NCBI GenBank assembly: GCA_963675785.1
Contig: OY776562.1
Span: 1,376,001-1,440,000 of the forward strand
Direction of reading: 5' to 3'
DNA from: Anaerolineae bacterium
GTDB taxonomy: Bacteria > Chloroflexota > Anaerolineae > UBA1429
DNA: 64,000 nucleotides
Shown here: positions 18,983 to 29,123 of the stretch, piece after piece
Layout of the letters: every line of letters starts with the position of its first letter
How positions within the stretch are numbered: the stretch's first letter is position 1
Program-made: the position numbers and the translations under genes
Notes under the pieces: generated by a model
Told to the model about the DNA's origin: nothing
The model's database searches: none
Seen by the model: the letters and a program-made list of their open reading frames with translations, nothing else

Positions 18983-19807
18983 TCAATTAGCCTGGCTAAT
19001 GCAGAGTATATTACGTGCTTGTTCGGGCGTGGCAACCTCTAAACCCATAATGCGAATGAATTGTGCTAAATGTGCCACCATATCAGCATTGCGCATATAG
19101 GGTCTGCCCGGAATCACCGAATAGCTATTCTCATAGCCGATGCGCACAAACGTTGCGCCACTACTCAAAGCAAAAGAAACCAGTGACAGATCGCGCATGG
19201 GGTACTCTGATAGTCCCCACAGCGTATCCGGCGCAATCCACTTGCGCAGCGTCCAAACAGCGGTGGAAGTGGCCGGCATAATCCCCGGATAGCCCAGTGT
19301 AAAGCCATAGAAAAGGGGTTGAGGCAACAAGCCCTCTTGCGCCAGCGTTCGCACATTGGCCACCATGCTCACATCAGAAATCTCTAGCTCTGTCCTCACA
19401 TTGGCCTGCATGATTCGCTCGGCCCAATATCTAAGGTCGGGCCTCGTGTTGATATAGACCAACTCGCCTATATTGGTAGAGCCCATATTGAGCTGAACAA
19501 CCTCAACACGAGGATCGTGGAGACAGGCACAGTGATCTTCCTCGCCCCAAGTGCTTGGCCCGCAGGTCGTGCTCTGAATGACGATATCATCCTGCTGGCG
19601 GATCAAATCGAGTGTGGCGCTAAAAATGGATGGATCCGCCGTGGGCTGTCCGCAGTCATCGCGCACGTGCAAATGCACCATGCTGGCCCCCTGCTCAGCG
19701 CAAGCATGAATATCCTCGGCCAACTCCTGCGGATCAACCGGGTTGGGCAAAATCGCTGGCGGGTTCTCTGCTACTGGGGATACAACAATAACAATGGGTT
19801 TTGCCAT
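18983..19807 (-). CDS. BKACE / DUF849 (3-keto-5-aminohexanoate cleavage enzyme family) protein, divergent
   Basis: GASMVHLHVRD, LNMGSTN, ELE, VRIGYEN, VATPEQARNIL. Confidence 0.88.
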   Translation of the reverse strand: MAKPIVIVVSPVAENPPAILPNPVDPQELAEDIHACAEQGASMVHLHVRDDCGQPTADPSIFSATLDLIRQQDDIVIQSTTCGPSTWGEEDHCACLHDPRVEVVQLNMGSTNIGELVYINTRPDLRYWAERIMQANVRTELEISDVSMVANVRTLAQEGLLPQPLFYGFTLGYPGIMPATSTAVWTLRKWIAPDTLWGLSEYPMRDLSLVSFALSSGATFVRIGYENSYSVIPGRPYMRNADMVAHLAQFIRIMGLEVATPEQARNILCISQAN

Positions 19808-19818
19808 AGCGTCCTTGC

Positions 19819-20637
19819 CTATCCAATACCGAGAATATTGCGGGCTTGCTCAGGCGTGGCCACTTCACGTCCCATACCATGGATCATGCGTACCACCGCA
19901 TCCACGACATCGACATTGTTCAGCCAGGGGCTTTGCTCCAACATGCCATAGCAGGTTTCCATTCCCACGCGAATGCACGTAGCCCCGATGGATACCGCAA
20001 AGGTAGCCAAATTCAAATCGAGCACGTGCTGCTGCGCCAGTCCCCACAAATGGCCCTTGGGCACGTAACGCAGCAACGACCACAGGCCATCGGGTGAGGC
20101 CGGCATGCTACCGGGCATCCCCACCGACAGGCTGTAAAAGCGCTTCTCTGGGAGCAATCCCTCTGCCGCAATCAGATCCGCCGTGCACATCATGCCAATG
20201 TCCGAACAGCGCAATTCGGGGTAAACGCCAGCTTGCTGTATGCATTGGGCAAAGTAACGAATATCCGATAGCGAGCAGATGAACTTGCTGTCCATCACAT
20301 TAAAAGTGCCCATATTGAGCACCGCCACTTCTGTACGTGGTTCATTCAACGCAGGGCAGCGTTCCTCCCGTGGTACCTGGAAGGAACGATCTCCCGTTGA
20401 GGCATGAATGATGACATCGCCGCGCGCTGAAATCTCGTCCAACGTCTCGGAATACACATCCGTCTCGCCGACCTGCCAGCCCTCTCGATTGCACACATGC
20501 AGATGCACCATGCTGGCCCCGGCAAGCATACAAGAATAAACATCCTCCGCTACTTCTACGGGGTCAAACAGCAGGGGCGGTCGTTGCGGCGCACGCCGCT
20601 CAATGGGAGCCACGCAAACAATGACAGGCTCTATCAT
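19819..20637 (-). CDS. Second BKACE / DUF849 family protein, divergent
   Basis: GASMVHLHV, STG, LNMGTFN, IRVGMET, GREVATPEQARNIL; ATG 20637. Confidence 0.88.
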   Translation of the reverse strand: MIEPVIVCVAPIERRAPQRPPLLFDPVEVAEDVYSCMLAGASMVHLHVCNREGWQVGETDVYSETLDEISARGDVIIHASTGDRSFQVPREERCPALNEPRTEVAVLNMGTFNVMDSKFICSLSDIRYFAQCIQQAGVYPELRCSDIGMMCTADLIAAEGLLPEKRFYSLSVGMPGSMPASPDGLWSLLRYVPKGHLWGLAQQHVLDLNLATFAVSIGATCIRVGMETCYGMLEQSPWLNNVDVVDAVVRMIHGMGREVATPEQARNILGIG

Positions 20638-20795
20638 GCCGCAAGCCTCTGCGCACGTGGTTTTGAAAAAGCGGGCAGGATGCGTGATGAGCAAACAGGC
20701 GCCTTGCTTGCGCAATAATCGCAAGGCACTATGGCCGATCCGGCAGCATCGGCCAATTCCTTCAGGGCAGCGTAGCGCTCGGCACGTATCAACAT
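20634..20795 (-). CDS. Small Cys-containing protein (53 aa), first gene of BKACE operon
   Basis: GGAGG RBS 5 nt before ATG 20795; stop overlaps next ATG (ATGA); CDYC..C. Confidence 0.55.
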   Translation of the reverse strand: MLIRAERYAALKELADAAGSAIVPCDYCASKAPVCSSRILPAFSKPRAQRLAA

Positions 20796-20822
20796 GGTTG
20801 CCTCCCTGGAACCAACGCAGAG

Positions 20823-20851
20823 ATTGTAAACGCAACCGCCATTGAGTACAA
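20823..20851 (-). promoter_or_regulatory. Putative sigma70 promoter of small ORF-BKACE operon
   Basis: On - strand TTGTAC-17bp-TACAAT. Confidence 0.55.
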
Positions 20852-20971
20852 GCCCAAATATGTATAATGGCCTAGCCTTCCACCAAAGCGAGACCGACAG
20901 CCCCGCGCTATTGCCTTCCCTCCCACTTTGCCTATAATGCCCCCGTGCCGAACACAGGAGAAGACAACGCC

Positions 20972-22504
20972 ATGCCGCATCCCGCCAACCCAACCGAGTC
21001 CGCTGAGAGCCCGCTTTCTTTAGAGATCGCCCGCTGGCAGCAGGCCTGCACGGCCCAGCGCCGCCAACTTGCCGCCGATCCCCACTGGCCACGCTATCAC
21101 CTGACGGCCCCCCAAGGCTGGATGAACGATCCTTGCGGGCCCACTTACTGGCAGGGGCAGTACCACCTGTTCTACCAGTGGGATCCCGAGGCCACGGCCT
21201 ACCCCTATGATCCGGCCCGTATTTGCTGGGGACACGCCGTCAGCGACGATCTGGTGCACTGGCGCGATCTGCCCATCGCCGTTTGGCCCGATTCCCCCTG
21301 GGATCGCGGCGGCGCCCACTCCGGCAACATCGTCATCGACGACCAGGGCCGCCCTACCATGCTCTACACCGGCACAGTGGTGGTGCGCAAGGTGCGCTAT
21401 GGCATGTTGGCCCGCAGCACCGATAACATGCTCACCTGGCAAAAGCAGATGGTCATCGACGCCACCCCGCCCTGGCCCGGCACCACCGCCATCCACGATG
21501 CCCACGTGTGGAAGGAAAACGGCCTGTGGTGGTGGCTTACCGGCGGCAACCGCGATGGTAAGGGCGCCACGCCCCTCTACAGTTCGCCCGATCTGGAGCA
21601 TTGGAACTACCGCAGCTGCCTGTTCACCGATGACCGCTATGCCAACTGGTTCGAATGCCCTTGCCTCATCCCTTTGTGCGATGCTAACGGCCTGCCCACC
21701 GACCAGCACGAGGGCACCGAGCGCTTTATGCTGCTGGCCTGCACCCACCCCGTGCGCTATTGGGCGGGCACCTATAACCGCCAAACCCTGACCTTTGCGC
21801 CGGATGATCCCGAAGCAGACATCATCGACTATTCCAACACCCTCTACGCCCCCAATCCGGATTGCGTCGATGATCGAGGCCCCGGCAGCAGCACTCGCCG
21901 CCTCATGTTCGGCTGGGTTCTGCAGGGCTCCCCGACCGCCAATGTCCCCTATTGGGAGGGGGTTCAGGCCCTGCCGCGGGTGCTCACCTGGGACGGCGCA
22001 CGTCTCATCCAGCAGCCCATCCCTGAACTGGCCGCCCTCCGTGAGGAGCACCACACCTATGAGAACCTGTGTCTGTCTGCGGACGAACGACGTATTCTGC
22101 CCGAGTTGCGCGGCGATTCGCTGGAAATCATCGCCGAGTTCGACTTGGCCGCCAGCAGTGCCCACAAACTGGGCCTCGAACTGCGCTGCTCTGCCGATGG
22201 CCAAACCGCCACCCGCATCTGGTACGATACCACCACCGGCGAGTTCGGCGTGGATGGCAATGTCAGCCTCTCTGCCCAGTACAACGGCGTCATCACTGGC
22301 GGCCCCGCTGGCCTAGAGCCAGGGCAACCCTTGCGTATGCACCTCTTCCTCGATCGCTCCGTGCTGGAAGTATTCGTCAACGGTTATGTGCAAACCGAAC
22401 GCCTCTTTGCTGATGAGGATTGCCTGGGCGTAGCCCTCTTTGCCGAGGGTGACGAGGCGGTGTTGCGCCGTCTGGATGGCTGGAGGATGGGCAGTATTTG
22501 GTAA
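20972..22504 (+). CDS. Glycoside hydrolase family 32 protein
   Basis: WMNDPCG, YHLFYQ, WGHAVS.DLVHW, ECP, LPR.L, C-terminal beta-sandwich LDRSVLEVFVNG; AGGAG RBS. Confidence 0.9.
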   Translation: MPHPANPTESAESPLSLEIARWQQACTAQRRQLAADPHWPRYHLTAPQGWMNDPCGPTYWQGQYHLFYQWDPEATAYPYDPARICWGHAVSDDLVHWRDLPIAVWPDSPWDRGGAHSGNIVIDDQGRPTMLYTGTVVVRKVRYGMLARSTDNMLTWQKQMVIDATPPWPGTTAIHDAHVWKENGLWWWLTGGNRDGKGATPLYSSPDLEHWNYRSCLFTDDRYANWFECPCLIPLCDANGLPTDQHEGTERFMLLACTHPVRYWAGTYNRQTLTFAPDDPEADIIDYSNTLYAPNPDCVDDRGPGSSTRRLMFGWVLQGSPTANVPYWEGVQALPRVLTWDGARLIQQPIPELAALREEHHTYENLCLSADERRILPELRGDSLEIIAEFDLAASSAHKLGLELRCSADGQTATRIWYDTTTGEFGVDGNVSLSAQYNGVITGGPAGLEPGQPLRMHLFLDRSVLEVFVNGYVQTERLFADEDCLGVALFAEGDEAVLRRLDGWRMGSIW

Positions 22505-22616
22505 TTCTGCCCAAAAGGGGCTGAAAAACGCACAGTTTTACGCGAGATTTCCTTCTAGCGCTTGACCAAATCTTTTTCCGCATGCACAATATAGCCGGAA
22601 GGGAAGGAACCGCACC

Positions 22617-23141
22617 ATGAACCAGGCATGCAAGCTCGTTGAAAAGGGCATAGAGCATTACCGCATCCGCTCGTTGGACGACGCAGCGGCGTATCTTGTA
22701 CGTGGCCTGGAAGTGGACCCCACGCAGAGTGAGGGCTGGTACTTTCTCGGGCTCACCCGCCACAGCCAGGGCCGCCTGGCTGAAGCCGAAGAGGCTCTCA
22801 CCCGGGTGATCGAACTACAAAAGACGCGCCTGCTGGCTGCCTACAAACGACGGGGCTATATCCGCCTGGATCGTGGCTCGCTGCTGGCTGCCGCCGCCGA
22901 TTTCTCCACCGCCATCGTCATCTCCCCCGACGATTGGCGCAGCCACAACATGCTCGGCCTGGTGCAAATAGAACAAGAGCACCCCTGCAGAGCCGCCGAG
23001 TCCTTCCGCCAGGCGCTGGCACTGCTCCCCGCTAATGCCGATGCCGATGCTCGCGAAATAAGCGCCAACCTGGCCCGCGCCCTGCGCCTCATCGACCCCG
23101 CCTTTGTCCACGCTGAAGTTGTCGCTGTTAGCGTTCAGTAA
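22617..23141 (+). CDS. TPR repeat protein
   Basis: TPR patterns (WYFLG...GRLAEA, AYKRRG, HNMLG); upstream TTGACC-17-CACAAT. Confidence 0.85.
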   Translation: MNQACKLVEKGIEHYRIRSLDDAAAYLVRGLEVDPTQSEGWYFLGLTRHSQGRLAEAEEALTRVIELQKTRLLAAYKRRGYIRLDRGSLLAAAADFSTAIVISPDDWRSHNMLGLVQIEQEHPCRAAESFRQALALLPANADADAREISANLARALRLIDPAFVHAEVVAVSVQ

Positions 23142-23157
23142 GGGTGTATAGAATAGA

Positions 23158-23184
23158 TAAAATCCGCCGGGAGGCGGTTTTTTT
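23158..23184 (+). terminator. Intrinsic terminator after TPR gene
   Basis: ccgcc ggga ggcgg stem + T7. Confidence 0.8.
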
Positions 23185-23287
23185 ATTCTGGAAGCATAAC
23201 CCCTTGCGTAAGCAACACACTCCCAGTAAAATAAACTCCAGTGAGCTGCAGCTAACCTAAACTCAACGGCTTAATCACGGGAGTGCC

Positions 23288-26200
23288 ATGCATATCACCA
23301 ACGAAGTCGACCTGCCTGATGAACTGATCCAAGCCCAACGAGAGGGCAAACTCGTCATCTTTGCGGGATCTGGAGTATCGAAAGGTCCGCCAGCCAACCT
23401 GCCCAACTTTCAGGAACTGGTCGACGAGATCGATCCTACTAGAGGGAACCGCAAGGACTATGATAGGTTCCTGGGCGAGCGCGAAGACGCAGGAGTACCA
23501 ATTAGAGAGAAAACTCGACAGATACTTGGAAAGAAAGACATCCCGTTCACACCGCTTCACTTGGCCTTACTGCAGCTCTTTCCCAACCCCGAGCAGGTGC
23601 GCATCGTTACCACCAACCTTGACCGTCTTTTCTCGGACGCGGCTGAACAGGCGTTCGATACCAGTCTGGATACTTACTATGCCCCCGCACTCCCATTGGG
23701 TCGCGAATTCCATGGGTTGGTCTATCTTCATGGAAGCGTAGACAAAGACAACAGCCGTATGGTGCTTACCGACAAGGACTTTGGCAGGGCTTACATCACT
23801 GACGGCTGGGCCACTTCTTTCCTTTGCACGCTGTTTGCTACATACGCCGTTCTGTTCGTCGGCTACAGCCACAAGGATATTGTCATGCAATACCTTGCAC
23901 GTGGCTTGGCCCCCCAGACAAAGCCGCGTTTTGCACTGACTAACTCTCTCAATGAAAAACTGGCGGTCGCAGAGAACAACGCTTACTGGAACCATATGAG
24001 AATTAAGCCAGTGTTTTATCCCTGTGACGAATCCATTGGGCATATCGAATTGACGAACGCAATGCAAGCCTGGGCCAAGCAAATCCACATGGGAGCTCTA
24101 GATCACGCCCGCCGAGTACAACAACTGGTTACGATGAGTGCCATCGACGACAAGAGCACATGGCCATCTCTGGTTCCAGAAGAGGAAGACTATTTGGATA
24201 TTGCACTGAGGACGGAGGATAGAGTGATTCACTTTGTCCGAAAAGCCGATAACCTTGCCTGGCTAAACTGGGTCGCTTCACGACGTTGGTTTCCCAAACT
24301 CTTTGAACCAGCCCCAGAAAAGGACTCGAAGGACAACCCACTTCCCAACCTTCCGCCTAAAGCAGAAGAGCAACTCGCGCAATGGCTAGCACACACTTAC
24401 CTCAGCCGGATGCCGGGCGAATTGGTTGCCATCCTACGCGCCCAGCAGCAACAAAACCGGACGCTGGGGCATCAATTGTGGCACGCTCTGGCCTTGGAAC
24501 TGGGTAGCACTCCCTCTCTTGACGCGATGAGCAAAACCGTACTGATATCCCTTCTTCTTGATACGAGTCAACCTGGCTGGGATACCCAACGTCTGGTTTG
24601 GACACTCGAAGAATGCCGCTATCCCGAAGATCGGGATACCGCCCTCATTTTATTCGATTATCTCACAGCACCACACGCAAAACTCACACAGTCCTACTTT
24701 GAGAACACAAGCAAGAATTCTGCACTCTCAAGAACAGATATCGATCTGGCTTTGGCAGGAGACGAGTACGCACTGAACGAGGCCTGGCAAAATTACTTTT
24801 TGCCACACCTTGACGAAACGGCATCAATAATAGAACCTATCGTAACCACCAATCTACTCAAAGCTCACGTAATCCTGCAAGGAGCAGGAAAAGCAAGGGA
24901 AAACTCTGACCCGATCAGTTACCGGCGTGACAAGATCGCATCCACGCGCGAAGAGCAGCCATACTTTCGTGAATCCATTGATATTCTGATAGATGCTGCG
25001 CGCGACATTATTGAGGCTCTACTGCACACTAATTCCTCTAGGGCAGAGGCTGTCATAGATGCCTGGGCTAACTCAGAAGCGATGCTCTTGCGTCGTCTTG
25101 CTGTCCACGGTGTCGAAAAGAGTGACCGAACCGCGGAGGAAAAGATCGACTGGATTCTCAACCGAGACTTGCTCTACCAACCAGGTCTGAAATCAGAAGT
25201 TTTCTCCCTACTAGGCATAGCGTTCCCAAGTGCAAGTCCGGAGGCCCAAAAGCACTTGCTTGCCACGATTGATCGCGGCCCGCATTGTGAACATGTTCAT
25301 CCGTCACAGCAGAAAGCATCAGACCGTAAGCATTACGAGCTTCTTGTATGGCTTGACCGGCACTTACCAGGGCATGTTCTGGTAACAGAACAGCTTGAGA
25401 ACATCAAAACCAGACATCCGGATTTTATCCCACCCAAACATCCCGAGTATAACGGGCTTCGTATTGAGGTAGAAAACGGCAAGATCATTAGCCCCTTCTC
25501 TAGTAATCAGCTCTACGCTATGCAGCCAGGTGATATCGTCGATGCCTTGCCCAATTTTCCCAAAGTGGGATGGGATGAACCCGATCAAGAAGGTCTTCTA
25601 AGAGAGATTACCGCAGCGACAACTGAGAAATTCAACTTTGGCCTCGCACTCGCACAAACTCTAGTCGAGCACGAAGACTGGAATTCGTCGATCTGGCAAG
25701 CTCTTTTGCGAGGCTTGGAAAAAGCCAACTTGAATACAGAACAGTGGACGCAGATATTAGATCTGCTGAGCCATATTCAAGAACCTCATGCTAGTGCCAA
25801 GGAGATAGCAAACCTGCTATTAGCCGGCGCAAGAAACGACCCTAGCTTTAGTTCGATCCAGCTTGACCAGGTAGAAGGTATCTCTGACCGCATCTTTGAA
25901 TCAGCCAAGCGAGATAACTCCGCGATTACCGACGATGACTTGGGCTTTGTCGCATTGAACCATACCTGCGGAACAATCGCCCAGCTCTGGATGCAGACGC
26001 TCTTTTCTAGACGCCGCTTTGCTAAAGATACGTGGCAGGGTTTACCCCAAAGTTACAAGAAACGCTTCAAGGATATACTCTCTGGAGATTCTCTGGGAGC
26101 AGGGTTTGCATTTATCATGTTGATGCAAGCCCTTGCCCAGATAGCTCAACTCGACACAGAGTGGACCAGAACGAATCTGCTGCCACTTCTCGATTGGTCA

Positions 26201-26944
26201 GCAAACGCAGACTCGGCGAAAATAGCCTGGCACGGTTACCTGCATGGCACCGTACTCGGCTTTCTTGAAGACGAGATACTGCCACATTATCAATCGGCAT
26301 TCGCCCACCTGTCCGAACTCCCAAAACCTCTCCAAAAGCTATTCAGCAAACACATCGCACTCATTGTAGTACATGCAAAGAGCAATCCCGTATGCGAAGA
26401 TCATGCCTGGCTGTCTGACTTTATTGAGAAAGCAACACCGGATGGACGCACATTCTTTGCCAGAGCAGTCACTGAGGCCTTGTATGCGGTGGAAGTACCT
26501 CAGCGTGCGACAGTCTGGACTGAGCGGCTTTCTCCGTATTGGGATCACCGCAACAGCGGGTTCCCTCCTGCCCTAACCGATGATGAGAAGCAAGATATGG
26601 TGCGCTGGGTGTTTCCCCTTGAATCCAACTTTGAAGAGGTAGTGCGAGCTATTTGCATGACCACCGCACCAAACATGCCTCACAGAGGCGATATCTATCA
26701 AAAGCTACTTCAGGAAGGATTCTGCGAGAATCACCCTCGGGCCACAGCACAACTCGTCGGCCATCTTTTGCAGTCAGCCACCGTCATCTATGACTCTCGC
26801 CCCTTTGAGGAAATGATTCACACCCTCCACAACAACGGTGCTGACCTCGCTGACCTTCAAGTGATATGCAGCCGGCTCTGTCATCTAGACTATCCCAAAG
26901 CTCTAGAACTAGCAGACAGCTTGAAAGGTCCCGAAGCCACTTAG
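23288..26944 (+). CDS. SIR2-like NADase with long helical C-terminus (DUF4020-type), Dsr1-like defence sirtuin
   Basis: LVIFAGSGVS, IVTTNLD, YLHGS, VLTDKDFGRAY..GWA, VLFVGYSH.D; 1218 aa; own TTGCGT-17-TAAAAT promoter; lower GC. Confidence 0.82.
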   Translation: MHITNEVDLPDELIQAQREGKLVIFAGSGVSKGPPANLPNFQELVDEIDPTRGNRKDYDRFLGEREDAGVPIREKTRQILGKKDIPFTPLHLALLQLFPNPEQVRIVTTNLDRLFSDAAEQAFDTSLDTYYAPALPLGREFHGLVYLHGSVDKDNSRMVLTDKDFGRAYITDGWATSFLCTLFATYAVLFVGYSHKDIVMQYLARGLAPQTKPRFALTNSLNEKLAVAENNAYWNHMRIKPVFYPCDESIGHIELTNAMQAWAKQIHMGALDHARRVQQLVTMSAIDDKSTWPSLVPEEEDYLDIALRTEDRVIHFVRKADNLAWLNWVASRRWFPKLFEPAPEKDSKDNPLPNLPPKAEEQLAQWLAHTYLSRMPGELVAILRAQQQQNRTLGHQLWHALALELGSTPSLDAMSKTVLISLLLDTSQPGWDTQRLVWTLEECRYPEDRDTALILFDYLTAPHAKLTQSYFENTSKNSALSRTDIDLALAGDEYALNEAWQNYFLPHLDETASIIEPIVTTNLLKAHVILQGAGKARENSDPISYRRDKIASTREEQPYFRESIDILIDAARDIIEALLHTNSSRAEAVIDAWANSEAMLLRRLAVHGVEKSDRTAEEKIDWILNRDLLYQPGLKSEVFSLLGIAFPSASPEAQKHLLATIDRGPHCEHVHPSQQKASDRKHYELLVWLDRHLPGHVLVTEQLENIKTRHPDFIPPKHPEYNGLRIEVENGKIISPFSSNQLYAMQPGDIVDALPNFPKVGWDEPDQEGLLREITAATTEKFNFGLALAQTLVEHEDWNSSIWQALLRGLEKANLNTEQWTQILDLLSHIQEPHASAKEIANLLLAGARNDPSFSSIQLDQVEGISDRIFESAKRDNSAITDDDLGFVALNHTCGTIAQLWMQTLFSRRRFAKDTWQGLPQSYKKRFKDILSGDSLGAGFAFIMLMQALAQIAQLDTEWTRTNLLPLLDWSANADSAKIAWHGYLHGTVLGFLEDEILPHYQSAFAHLSELPKPLQKLFSKHIALIVVHAKSNPVCEDHAWLSDFIEKATPDGRTFFARAVTEALYAVEVPQRATVWTERLSPYWDHRNSGFPPALTDDEKQDMVRWVFPLESNFEEVVRAICMTTAPNMPHRGDIYQKLLQEGFCENHPRATAQLVGHLLQSATVIYDSRPFEEMIHTLHNNGADLADLQVICSRLCHLDYPKALELADSLKGPEAT

Positions 26945-26980
26945 GTCCCTTCATCACCCACAGCCTCCGACAGCAATCCC

Positions 26981-27047
26981 AGCCTAGGGACAATCCGGTG
27001 GATTGTCCCTAGGGTTTGCAAGGATAGCACGAGGGTTTAGCCTCGTG
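26981..27047 (+). repeat. REP-like two-hairpin element, family A copy 1
   Basis: cctagggacaatcc-ggt-ggattgtccctagg, spacer, tagcacgagg-gtttag-cctcgtg. Confidence 0.85.
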
Positions 27048-27095
27048 TGTCTCCGCCAATCCCAGTCTAATCGGACGTTCCTTCACCAGCCAACC

Positions 27096-27137
27096 TGTCC
27101 GCAGGACACCGAATCCTAGGCCGCACCGCAGGTCGTG
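27096..27137 (+). repeat. REP-like element family B, truncated copy
   Basis: tgtccgcaggaca ... ctaggcc ... accgcaggtcg shared with 44023, 44239, 45040, 59523. Confidence 0.7.
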
Positions 27138-27212
27138 CATGTCTCAACCTAACCTCCCAACAACAAAAAATAAGCCGCGAGAGCCTTCGCCCTCGCGGCC
27201 TTGCCTTGCCTT

Positions 27213-28730
27213 CTACTTTAGCACCAGTGGCACATACACACGGAACGTGCTCGGTACCGTCGCCGTCGCCGTCGCCGTCGCGGTGGCTGTAGCCGTCGCA
27301 GTTGCTGTTGCTGTCGCGGTTGCTGTTGCTGTCGGCGTCGGGGGCACACTCCCGTACTCGTACGCCCCAATATCCACCCGACCGCCAGTCACGCGCGCAT
27401 ACCCCACACCACGCTGGTCATAAGCCGGCACACTACTCACCGCCGGATCACCTGTGTCGATAGCCGGGCTGCCCACCAGCAGCGCATGTGTCCTGGTAGA
27501 GCCGCCATTGTCTGCCAGCGCGCCCAGCAGTGGGTCTTGCCCGGTAATGTCTCCCGTACTGCTAAACGTGCAGTTGCCCACACTTTCCACCAGGTTGTAC
27601 CCCAGCGAAGTCACCGGGGCCGTTCCCCACTTCATACAATCGTCATAGGTCGAGTCCAAGCGGTCCTCGTTATTGGCGATGATCGTATCCTGCAAAAACA
27701 CTGTAGCGCCGCTCTGATAGGCAAAAAGGCCGCCGCCACCACCCGAACTCTCACCAACGCTGGACACGTTATCTACGACGGTTGAATGGGTTATGGTGAA
27801 GGGGATACGGGTATTGATTCCCCCGCCATAGCTGCCCGCCTCATTACCGCTGATGGTGCAATTCTCCATCACAACCGACTCGCCACTCGCAAAGAAAAAC
27901 CCGCCGCCCTCAGTATCGGCAATATTGTCAGCCACCAGGCTGTTGGTAATAAAGACACTCGGCGCGCCCGCACTATAGAGGCCGCCGCCAGAACCGTTAC
28001 TACTATTGCCAACAATCTCGCTGCCATCCATGACCAGCGCAGTATCTTGAATCCAAAGGCCAGCGCCGCTGTTTGTGCTGGTGTTGTATCCAACCAAGCT
28101 GTTGGTGAGATTCAAAACGCAGTCATAGGTATAGACGCCAGCGCCTTGGCCAGCAGTGTTACTGATGACCTGGGTATTGATCAAGGTCACATCGCTGCGC
28201 CAGGCCGATATCCCACCGCCGCTGCTGGAGCTGTCTACAGAGTTTTCAGAAAGCACCACATTCTCCAGCGTCAGGTCAGTACCATCGACATAGATGGCGC
28301 CGCGAACAGCCCCCTGGCTCACAGTCAGGGATTCGATGTGGACTTGATCGTTTGAACGCACATCAAAGACCCGATTATTAAGGAACGAGGCATCGATGAT
28401 CGTTTCCTCGGCGCCCTGCCCCACTAGATTCAGTGGTGCGAGCACATCCAGGTCGCCCGCTGCAGCGAAATCCTCATCACCCACCAGCGTCAGCACATAG
28501 GTGCCGGCGGCCAGGGTAATCGTGTCGACGCCAGGCGTGGCGTTAGCCGCAATGATGGCTTCGCGCAGTGAACAATCGCCATCACAGACGCCATCGTTCG
28601 TATCGGTGAATTTGGTCACGGTAAAATCATCGGCCCGTGCCGTGCCGCCAGGCAATCCTGGCCAAACGAACACGAGTAAAGCAGCGGTGAGAACACACAG
28701 GAATGGTGTAAAGCGTAGTTTGTTGCGCAT
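27213..28730 (-). CDS. Secreted CSLREA-domain / choice-of-anchor Q beta-helix surface protein
   Basis: Signal peptide, DCSLREAI, GGG/N repeats, DPLLGALADNGG.T.THAL..GSPAID, DQRG, DIGAYE, (TA)n linker, tail RVYVPLVLK. Confidence 0.92.
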   Translation of the reverse strand: MRNKLRFTPFLCVLTAALLVFVWPGLPGGTARADDFTVTKFTDTNDGVCDGDCSLREAIIAANATPGVDTITLAAGTYVLTLVGDEDFAAAGDLDVLAPLNLVGQGAEETIIDASFLNNRVFDVRSNDQVHIESLTVSQGAVRGAIYVDGTDLTLENVVLSENSVDSSSSGGGISAWRSDVTLINTQVISNTAGQGAGVYTYDCVLNLTNSLVGYNTSTNSGAGLWIQDTALVMDGSEIVGNSSNGSGGGLYSAGAPSVFITNSLVADNIADTEGGGFFFASGESVVMENCTISGNEAGSYGGGINTRIPFTITHSTVVDNVSSVGESSGGGGGLFAYQSGATVFLQDTIIANNEDRLDSTYDDCMKWGTAPVTSLGYNLVESVGNCTFSSTGDITGQDPLLGALADNGGSTRTHALLVGSPAIDTGDPAVSSVPAYDQRGVGYARVTGGRVDIGAYEYGSVPPTPTATATATATATATATATATATATATVPSTFRVYVPLVLK

Positions 28731-29123
28731 TTAGCTCCCAATCTTCTTCTCATCGGTGTAGCTGGCAAGTTTCGTCGAGGGGCTTTTAGCAGGCGCAACA
28801 AAACATCTCCCGCCTGCCAGGCCGCTATTGCGCAGTCTAGAGGAATATGGGCAGATACACAAGAGGAAAAGGGGGGAGATTTCCATATTGAGGGGAATAG
28901 TAGGTAGATTATTCGTAACAAAATGCTTATTACAAGTCAGACCATAACATAATGTCACCGGCCAGCCAATGGGGTCACTACACAACTCCTCATCCATATA
29001 ACTCACCTGCAGATAAAGACTAATTTTACCAGCATAAAACAGCAAGTCAGTGGAATATAAAAATGGGGAGCGCCTTTAATTAACGGCTCTCCCCGACTCG
29101 TTTCATCTCGGAGCTCTGTATAC

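Noticed and set aside
21020-22204. 394-aa minus-strand ORF
   Set aside because: Antisense shadow of GH32
27257-27335. gtcgcc-type hexamer repeat as a phase-variable microsatellite
   Set aside because: In-frame, codon-degenerate (Thr-Ala)n linker of the surface protein
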